From contig OY764215.1 of NCBI GenBank assembly GCA_963668125.1, forward strand, positions 1,858,972 through 1,922,971: 64,000 bases of DNA, given 5' to 3'. A program made the translations under genes and the position numbers. The notes under the pieces were generated by a model that was given only the letters and a program-made list of their open reading frames with translations, was not told where the DNA came from and ran no database searches. Numbering within the stretch: the first letter of the stretch is position 1; every line of letters begins with the position of its first letter. This DNA is from Bacteroidaceae bacterium. GTDB lineage: Bacteria; Bacteroidota; Bacteroidia; Bacteroidales; Bacteroidaceae. Positions 58,042-64,000 of the stretch are shown piece by piece.

Positions 58042-58129
58042 CCTTGTACAAAAGAATGCATTCTTTTGTACAAGACAATTAATTCTTTTGTACAGAACAA
58101 TGCAATTTTTTGTACAAGGTATAATAAAT
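58042..58129. repeat. Four tandem 22-bp units (consensus TTTTGTACAAgAnAATGCAtTc)
   Basis: TGTACA lies at 58045, 58067, 58089 and 58111, an exact 22-bp period. Units 1-2 form a perfect 32-bp palindrome cttgtacaaaagaatgcattcttttgtacaag (58043-58074). Confidence 0.85.
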
Positions 58130-58204
58130 GTTATTCCAGAAAAAATAAAAATCATGTGGAAAATCCTAAAATGTCTGCCAGGCTTATCCAACTAAACTAT
58201 GCTG

Positions 58205-58289
58205 GTAGCAGATAAATAGTCTTATTTTTTTATCTCCCACTAATAAAAAGCCTTTTTTTAAAGGCTTTTTATGCATTTTGTAGCAGATA
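58205..58289. repeat. Two GTAGCAGATA copies (reverse complement of TATCTGCTAC) flanking a small hairpin
   Basis: gtagcagata lies at 58205-58214 and 58280-58289. In addition, atctccc (58232-58238) and gggagat (58292-58298) are mutually inverted. Confidence 0.75.
58245..58270. terminator. Small bidirectional hairpin between the two GTAGCAGATA copies
   Basis: aaagcctt (58247-58254) pairs with aaggcttt (58261-58268) across the loop ttttta. It is flanked by A- and T-runs. Confidence 0.4.
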
Positions 58290-58332
58290 GGGGAGATGTT
58301 TTTTGATCTTATTAAAATAAAATAGATAGAAG

Positions 58333-60948
58333 ATGAAGCTAAAATTATTTTTAATGATTAGTCTTTTTCCACTTTTTTGTCAAGGACAAGTTGTGAAAGG
58401 CTTTAAACGAACGGCCAACAAGGTGAATATTACTTTATCAGATGGAACACTCTGTATATCTCCATTATCCGAGAATGCCGTGAGGATAAAATTCTACAAA
58501 GAAAGTGAAGCAAAACTGCCAGAACTTGTTTTTACTTCAGGTGGTGTAACTCCTGAATTTCAAGTTTTAGATTTACCAGCTAAGCTTGAAATAAAAACAA
58601 AAAATATTCAAGTGTCATTAGATAAGCATACAGGCAGATTATCGTATGCCAATAATGCCGGCAAAGTATTTTTGAGCGAAGAGGCAGGCACCCGGAAACT
58701 AACTCCCGGTTCTATTCAAGGCGAACCTTGTTATGAAGCTGAACAGAGTTTTGAATCACCATCCGATGAATATATATTTGGTTTGGGACAATTTCAGGAC
58801 GGGCAATATAACTTAAAAAACGTAGCTCGTCGTTTAACGCAGGTTAATACTCAGATTTCCATCCCTTTTATTTATTCAAGTAAAGGGTACGGTTTGTTAT
58901 GGCATCAGTATGGATTAACGGATTTTAATCCGGCTAATAATTTCATAGCACTCGATAAACAAGAACAATCAACGTCAGAAAATAAACAAATGGCCGAAGT
59001 AACGACTACCTCCGGAACTCAGAAAGTGTCACAAGACCAATCGCTTTATCAGGGTAAGTTTAATGTTACGAAAGATGGTGAGTATTCTATATTTCTGGAT
59101 CTGGGCGATATGGGTAACAGACACTTTGTGACTATTGATGGAAAACCTTGTATTGATCAAAGTAATATGTGGCTTCCGCCTACGGTAGGAACATTGGTAA
59201 AATTAAAAGCCGGTGAACATCAGGTGCAGGTGCTTTGTAAATCAAATAATACTCCCAAACTTTCGTGGAAGCTGAGTGATAACATAACAACATTTCGGTC
59301 GCCAGTCGCTAAAGCGCTCGATTATGTAGTTTTTTATGGGCCATCTGCCGATAAAGTAATTGCATCTTACCGTAATTTATCAGGCAATGTACCTATGTTG
59401 CCACAATGGGCTTATGGCTTTTGGCAGTGTCGCGAACGTTATACCTCCGGAACTCATTTGGTTGAAACGGTAAAAGAGTTCCGAAAAAGGAATCTTCCGT
59501 TGGATGTAATTGTACAAGACTGGCAATATTGGGGCGATAGAGGTTGGGGTGTTCCTCAGTTCGATGAGAAAAACTACTCAAACCCTTCAGCATTTATAAA
59601 AGAACTGCACAATTTGAATGCACATTTCAATATTTCTATTTGGTCGAACCCGGATAAGAACTCAACAATAGGTAAAGAGTATGTGGCTAAAAACCGATTT
59701 ATTCCGGATACCAAATGGCTGGATTATTTCAATCCCGAAACTAGAAAAGAATATTGGAATACATTGAAAGTAAATATGCTTGATAATGGTGTAGATTCCT
59801 GGTGGATGGATGCTGTAGAACCAGAAAATGATGCTTTGAAAGGAACAAAAACACATATTGGTGCTGGCGATTTTTACCGGTTAACCTATCCATTAATGGT
59901 GAGTAAGGCAGTGTATGAAGGGCAACGCGAAACTACTTCTAATAAGCGGGTGTGTATACTTACTCGTTCGGCTTTCTCGGGTCAGCAACGCTATGGAATT
60001 ATCAATTGGTCGGGTGATATTGGCGGAACATGGGATACATTCAAGAATCAAATCGTAGCCGGATTAAATTACACAATTACTGGGTTTCCATATTGGACAA
60101 CAGATATTGGTGGCTTTTTCCGCCCTGGCAATTCTCAATATACCGATGAGAAATATCACGAGCTGCTTACACGCTGGTACCAGTGGGCAACGTTCAACCC
60201 AATTTTCCGTATTCACGGCTACCAAACCGAAACCGAACCATGGAAATACGGACAAAAAGTTGAGGACAATATGCGTAAGATGCTGAATCTTCGCTATCGT
60301 TTACTACCATACATTTATTCCGAAGCATGGCAGGTCACTAAAAATGGATCCACAATGATGCGTCCTTTAGTGATGGATTTTAATACAGATACCACTGCCG
60401 TAAACCGTAAATATCAGTATATGTTTGGGAAATCTGTATTAGTAGCCCCGGTTACTGAAGCTAATGTGTCTGAATGGAATGTTTATTTACCCAAATCGGC
60501 GGGTTGGTTCGACTTCTGGACGGGTAAACATTTTAATGGAGGTCAAAGTATAAAAACTGATGCTCCATTAGATAAAATTCCTCTTTTTGTTAAGGCTGGT
60601 TCTATAATTCCAATGGGTGAGATTATCCAAAATACAGGTGAGAAAACAGCTGATACACTTGAAGTTCGTGTGTATAAAGGAGCTGATGCTAAATTTGATT
60701 TATACGAAGATGAAGGAGATAATTATAACTATGAGAAAGGAAGAAATACAATTATTTCGTTCAATTGGAATGAAAAGAGCCAATCATTAACTATTTCAGA
60801 TAGAAAAGGAAATTATACAGGCAGTTTAGCAAAACGTATCTTTAACGTTGTCTTGGTAAGTGAGAATAGGGGAGCTGGAATTTATACAAGCACAATAGGG
60901 AAGAAAGTTTCTTATACAGGATCTAAACTGCAGATAAAATTGCAATAA
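58333..60948 (+). CDS. GH31-family alpha-xylosidase type with a PA14-like insertion
   Basis: It has the same GH31 blocks as 55439 (WAYGFWQCRERY, VIVQDWQYWG, VDSWWMDAVEPE, LTRSAFSGQQRYGIINWSGD, WTTDIGGFF, RIHG). It also has an extra segment of about 130 aa (about nt 58927-59313; GKFNVTKDGEYSIFLDLGDMGNRHFVTIDGKP...LKAGEHQVQVLCKS). A PA14 insert at the equivalent position is known for the alpha-xylosidase Xyl31A of Cellvibrio japonicus. Confidence 0.88.
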   Translation: MKLKLFLMISLFPLFCQGQVVKGFKRTANKVNITLSDGTLCISPLSENAVRIKFYKESEAKLPELVFTSGGVTPEFQVLDLPAKLEIKTKNIQVSLDKHTGRLSYANNAGKVFLSEEAGTRKLTPGSIQGEPCYEAEQSFESPSDEYIFGLGQFQDGQYNLKNVARRLTQVNTQISIPFIYSSKGYGLLWHQYGLTDFNPANNFIALDKQEQSTSENKQMAEVTTTSGTQKVSQDQSLYQGKFNVTKDGEYSIFLDLGDMGNRHFVTIDGKPCIDQSNMWLPPTVGTLVKLKAGEHQVQVLCKSNNTPKLSWKLSDNITTFRSPVAKALDYVVFYGPSADKVIASYRNLSGNVPMLPQWAYGFWQCRERYTSGTHLVETVKEFRKRNLPLDVIVQDWQYWGDRGWGVPQFDEKNYSNPSAFIKELHNLNAHFNISIWSNPDKNSTIGKEYVAKNRFIPDTKWLDYFNPETRKEYWNTLKVNMLDNGVDSWWMDAVEPENDALKGTKTHIGAGDFYRLTYPLMVSKAVYEGQRETTSNKRVCILTRSAFSGQQRYGIINWSGDIGGTWDTFKNQIVAGLNYTITGFPYWTTDIGGFFRPGNSQYTDEKYHELLTRWYQWATFNPIFRIHGYQTETEPWKYGQKVEDNMRKMLNLRYRLLPYIYSEAWQVTKNGSTMMRPLVMDFNTDTTAVNRKYQYMFGKSVLVAPVTEANVSEWNVYLPKSAGWFDFWTGKHFNGGQSIKTDAPLDKIPLFVKAGSIIPMGEIIQNTGEKTADTLEVRVYKGADAKFDLYEDEGDNYNYEKGRNTIISFNWNEKSQSLTISDRKGNYTGSLAKRIFNVVLVSENRGAGIYTSTIGKKVSYTGSKLQIKLQ

Positions 60949-61034
60949 AAGCTGAACTGTTCTTCGGGGAAGATAAAGGGAGAGCTTGTTTGAAGTGACC
61001 ACAAAAAGTTAGACGTTTAATAATCAATTTATAT

Positions 61035-61343
61035 TTGTGTGAGCTCGGTATTGTACCGGGCTCATACCTTTTAATAAACATAACAGCTTATGATTTTGAT
61101 AAGGAGAGATTCGCCAAAGAGATGAATGTGAGCCCTTCTTTACTTTATAAGAATATAAAATTGCTTTCTGGTCAGTCGCCAACAGATTTTATTAAAGATA
61201 TTCGTCTGAACCAGGCATTGGAACTATCGAAGTCGAAGAATTATTCTATAACAGAAGTAAGTGAAAAGTGTGGCTATAGCTCTATTAGCTATTTCAGTAC
61301 TGTATTCAAGAAGAATGTCGGAAAGTCGCCTACCGATATCTGA
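61035..61343 (+). pseudogene. Orphan C-terminal AraC-type HTH fragment of a hybrid two-component system
   Basis: The 77 C-terminal residues (FAKEMNVSPSLLYKNIKLLSGQSPTDFIK...YFSTVFKKNVGKSPTDI) align without gaps to the C-terminus of the HTCS at 30838-34707, with 51/77 identical by eye. No kinase, receiver or sensor part lies upstream. The frame opens only at a TTG, and homology starts abruptly around nt 61075. Confidence 0.75.
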
Positions 61344-61350
61344 TTGTTGG

Positions 61351-61431
61351 AAAAAAAAGAATCTGGTATTATCTATTGGGCATATAAACTATAAAATGAG
61401 TAAATGCAACAGATAATACCAGAATACTTTT
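61351..61431. terminator. Long bidirectional hairpin between the HTH fragment and the minus-strand lipoprotein gene
   Basis: tctggtattatctattg (61362-61378) pairs with caacagataataccaga (61407-61423), 16 of 17 pairs. It is preceded by aaaaaaaa and followed by atacttttta. Confidence 0.6.
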
Positions 61432-61459
61432 TATAAAATGGATTACTTATTCAGTATAA

Positions 61460-62386
61460 TTAATAGTCATATTTTCTATTTTCTTCCATCCAGTCGTTTA
61501 TTAGGCGGACTTCGTTATCGTTCTTTCTTTCTTTGTAAACGAATCCTCTGACTTTCTTTTGAACTCCGTCTTCCTCGAAAGTGTACCAAATATCGTAAAC
61601 CTTCATTTCAGGATAGTATTTACCACCACCACTGATGAGTTTAAACTTATCCCATGATTTAAGTGTGACAGAATTGTCATTGTTAATCTTCATGGTAAAG
61701 CAATAGTTTGGACGATAGTCGGTAGCACCCTTAGACCATTCATTCTTTTGATGATACATACGTACGGTATTACCATCGAAAACAGCCTGTAGCGTTCTTG
61801 GTGACTTATAGATAGTAGAGTCATTAGTATTGTTCACTGGCTTGATAACACCATCCATATAATACTGTCCGGAGTAATTGTTCATAAGATTCAATCTGTA
61901 AAAGACAACGGTATCTTCTTTAGCAATATTGAATGCCGATGATTTCTCAATCTTCATTGCTACCATATATAGTGAGTCTACATGGAGAGCAGAAGGGTTG
62001 ATAAAGATAGGGAAAGTACCATAGGTACTGCCTTTCTTTACAATGACATTTTGCTGAGGAAATGAGAAAATTCCATCTTTAAGACTTCTGTACATAATAT
62101 CGTCGGAACCACGTTCTTTCTTATTGTAGTCATCAATCATTGATGGATCATTCAACAGACTTACAGTTACATCTTGATTTGTAGGCTGTGAACCGCTTAT
62201 TGCTACCGATGCGAAAATTGTATCGTTTTCATAACCTATATTAAGTTGCTTGTCAACAATTTTGTCCTTAGCTCCTACAAGATATACATTTTCTGGCCAC
62301 AAGTCTTCTTCCATTGGAATCTTGTTATCGCAACTGGCCATTAGTATGGCAATGAGTGTTGCCGAAAGTATAGTTATTTTATTCAT
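61460..62386 (-). CDS. PUL-associated surface lipoprotein (DUF1735/DUF4361-like, function unknown)
   Basis: Lipobox AILMASC. It lies immediately downstream (32 nt) of a SusD-like gene on the minus strand. The N-terminal pattern ENVYLVG...VTVSL is typical of Bacteroides PUL accessory lipoproteins. The family assignment is tentative. Confidence 0.6.
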   Translation of the reverse strand: MNKITILSATLIAILMASCDNKIPMEEDLWPENVYLVGAKDKIVDKQLNIGYENDTIFASVAISGSQPTNQDVTVSLLNDPSMIDDYNKKERGSDDIMYRSLKDGIFSFPQQNVIVKKGSTYGTFPIFINPSALHVDSLYMVAMKIEKSSAFNIAKEDTVVFYRLNLMNNYSGQYYMDGVIKPVNNTNDSTIYKSPRTLQAVFDGNTVRMYHQKNEWSKGATDYRPNYCFTMKINNDNSVTLKSWDKFKLISGGGKYYPEMKVYDIWYTFEEDGVQKKVRGFVYKERKNDNEVRLINDWMEENRKYDY

Positions 62387-62418
62387 ATCTTAATATTTGA
62401 TTTAGCATTAGAATTAAG

Positions 62419-64000
62419 TTACCATCCTGGGTTCTGTACCAGTTTACCATTCTTTCTAAGAGTAGTTCTGCTGATAGGCCATAAATACATCTTATTTGAA
62501 AACATACGTTTCATGGTTTTCTCGGTGTTCCATATTCTCTCGGTATAGAATTGTGAACGCTGTGCCTCACGTGCACTTACATCAAGACCACGGATAGGTT
62601 TGTTGTATGCGTCGTAAGCATCTTTCCAACGTCTTAAATCCCAATATCTCTGTCCTTCGAATGCAAATTCAATCTTTCTTTCATGTTTTATAAGTTCACG
62701 CATGGTAGTCGGGTTAGAAGCTTCAGATGTAGTGATTCCTGGCTGACCTGCACGATAACGGATCATGTTGAAGTATTTAATTATTTCATCTACATTACGG
62801 CCAACCGTGATGTCGCCATCCTTGTAAGTTCCTTCCATTTCGTTCATAGCCTCTACGTAACCTAAAAGAACTTCAGCATAACGTATGATAGGATAGGTCT
62901 TTGCCTTCATAACACCATTCCAAAATATACAGTCATCTTGGTGTACATATTTTCTGTTAGTGTAACCTGTTCTGTTTCTGTTGTTATTGTTATTCATATC
63001 AGAAGCAGAACCCCCATAGTAGTAATCGGCAACATAGTTACGTGTACCAGCAGAAAGACCATCACGATGAGATGTTGTAGGCCATATACAACCATTGAAG
63101 CCTATTGTTGCATAGAAACGTGCTTCACGACCGTCATCACGATGAGCTCTTTTTCCTGAAAGAAGATAATCCATAGAAAATGTCTTGTCCTGACCGACTG
63201 CATCGCCTGATTTCTCTTCATCGGTAGCTTGACTGAATGTTCTACCATCGGCCATACGGTAGTCGTCTGTCATATCTAGTGTAACACTGAATGATGAATT
63301 ACCACCAAGCTTAGCAGGCATAACCATACGATAGTCACCATTACCCGCCATACCGTTTACACAATAGTAGATGTACTCTTTTACAATGGATGGTTGGTAA
63401 GTTCCGTCGAATAGAGTCTTATATGACTTGTAAGGGTCAATATTGCCGGCCCCATCAGGGAAGTTTGCACTTGATACTGTAGAAGGTAATGGCTGTGTAC
63501 CTGTACCTTTTTCGTTGTTAATCTTTGCTACAGTATGGATAGCATACTTGTTCATGTCGATTATTTTCTTGTATGTTGCTGCAGCTTTTCCCCATTTTTC
63601 TTTATCTACATTCTGTGAGATAAAATTTCTACCCTGAGTATCTTTCCAGTCTGCATAGTATGTATTACCGTTGAATAATGGACTTGCAGCATAGAGTTGT
63701 ATACGAGCTAACATAGCAAGTGAAGCACCTCTTGTTGGAAGATATTGAAGTGATTCAATTCTGTCGGTAGGAAGAAGTTCGGCTGCCTCATTGAAGTCGG
63801 CACAAATTTTCTCTACACACTCATCATAAGTAGAACGTTCCAATGATGCATAAGCAACATTTTCATCTGTATCAAACGGAGTATCAGGAAGGATTACAAT
63901 CGGTCCATACATTCTAACCAAACTGAAATAGAAATATGCTCTTAGAAAGTATGCTCTTCCTTTGAAATCACGTAATTCCATTTCTGTAAGTTCTTGGTTC
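62419..64000 (-). CDS. SusD/RagB-family lipoprotein, N-terminus outside the window
   Basis: The minus-strand frame stays open to nt 64000, beyond the tracked Met at 63981. SusD blocks: GRAYFLRAYFYFSLVRMYG, LAMLARIQLYAA, IRYAEVLLGYVEAMNE, GQRYWDLRRW. The C-terminus is VQNPGW. Confidence 0.88.
   Translation of the reverse strand, partial: NQELTEMELRDFKGRAYFLRAYFYFSLVRMYGPIVILPDTPFDTDENVAYASLERSTYDECVEKICADFNEAAELLPTDRIESLQYLPTRGASLAMLARIQLYAASPLFNGNTYYADWKDTQGRNFISQNVDKEKWGKAAATYKKIIDMNKYAIHTVAKINNEKGTGTQPLPSTVSSANFPDGAGNIDPYKSYKTLFDGTYQPSIVKEYIYYCVNGMAGNGDYRMVMPAKLGGNSSFSVTLDMTDDYRMADGRTFSQATDEEKSGDAVGQDKTFSMDYLLSGKRAHRDDGREARFYATIGFNGCIWPTTSHRDGLSAGTRNYVADYYYGGSASDMNNNNNRNRTGYTNRKYVHQDDCIFWNGVMKAKTYPIIRYAEVLLGYVEAMNEMEGTYKDGDITVGRNVDEIIKYFNMIRYRAGQPGITTSEASNPTTMRELIKHERKIEFAFEGQRYWDLRRWKDAYDAYNKPIRGLDVSAREAQRSQFYTERIWNTEKTMKRMFSNKMYLWPISRTTLRKNGKLVQNPGW

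Noticed and set aside
58927-59313. The extra ~130-aa segment in the second GH31 as a novel domain
   Set aside because: A PA14-type insertion at this position is already known in GH31 alpha-xylosidases, so it is annotated as a feature rather than a novelty.
1-64000. Mobile element, prophage, defence island, rRNA/tRNA content
   Set aside because: No integrase, transposase, recombinase, restriction-modification, toxin-antitoxin, cas or phage-like ORFs were recognised. No tRNA-like T-arm (GGTTCGAA-type) or rRNA segments were seen. The inverted repeats found are short and local, and they do not bracket gene cargo.

Overview
This is an AT-rich, Bacteroidota-type chromosomal segment made up almost entirely of polysaccharide-utilisation locus (PUL) genes. 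26 of the 30 gene-sized features lie on the + strand.

Contents:
- Two complete SusC/SusD transporter pairs sit back to back (13471-18266 on the minus strand, 19089-23801 on the plus strand). The edge of a third PUL (lipoprotein plus SusD) runs from 61460 to 64000.
- Two divergently transcribed hybrid two-component systems (HTCS) occupy 26482-34707.
- About 20 signal-peptide-bearing enzymes are present: GH95, GH51, seven intact GH43 (three of them carrying CBM6-like tails), three GH115, GH29-like, GH97, GH3 with a PA14 insert, NPCBM-GH27, two GH31 (one with a PA14-like insert), a type-B carboxylesterase and a DUF3237 protein.

By analogy with the large Bacteroides ovatus xylan PUL (PUL-XylL), this enzyme set looks like a side-chain-stripping system for complex glucuronoarabinoxylan. 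That assignment is inference. No endo-xylanase is visible in the window.

I recognise no rRNA, tRNA, CRISPR/cas, transposase, integrase, phage or defence genes, and I see no convincing new protein-coding system.

The unusual signals are non-coding and evolutionary:
1. Three long intergenic regions (around 3.8-4.1 kb, 23.9-24.3 kb and 58.0-58.3 kb) each carry an array of 3-4 direct repeats with exact 22- or 23-bp phasing. The three arrays are unrelated in sequence, and two of them are built around TGTACA palindromes. Each array is accompanied by a cluster of short motifs, and the 10-mer TATCTGCTAC is shared between two of the regions in opposite orientation. All three sit upstream of the first glycosidase gene of an apparent + strand transcription unit. 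I read them as candidate regulator-binding arrays, which is untested.
2. One GH43-CBM6 gene contains an internal tandem duplication of propeller blades.
3. A frameshifted CBM6 tail fragment and an orphan HTCS AraC-HTH fragment mark past rearrangements.

All family calls rest on motif recognition by eye. No database search was run.
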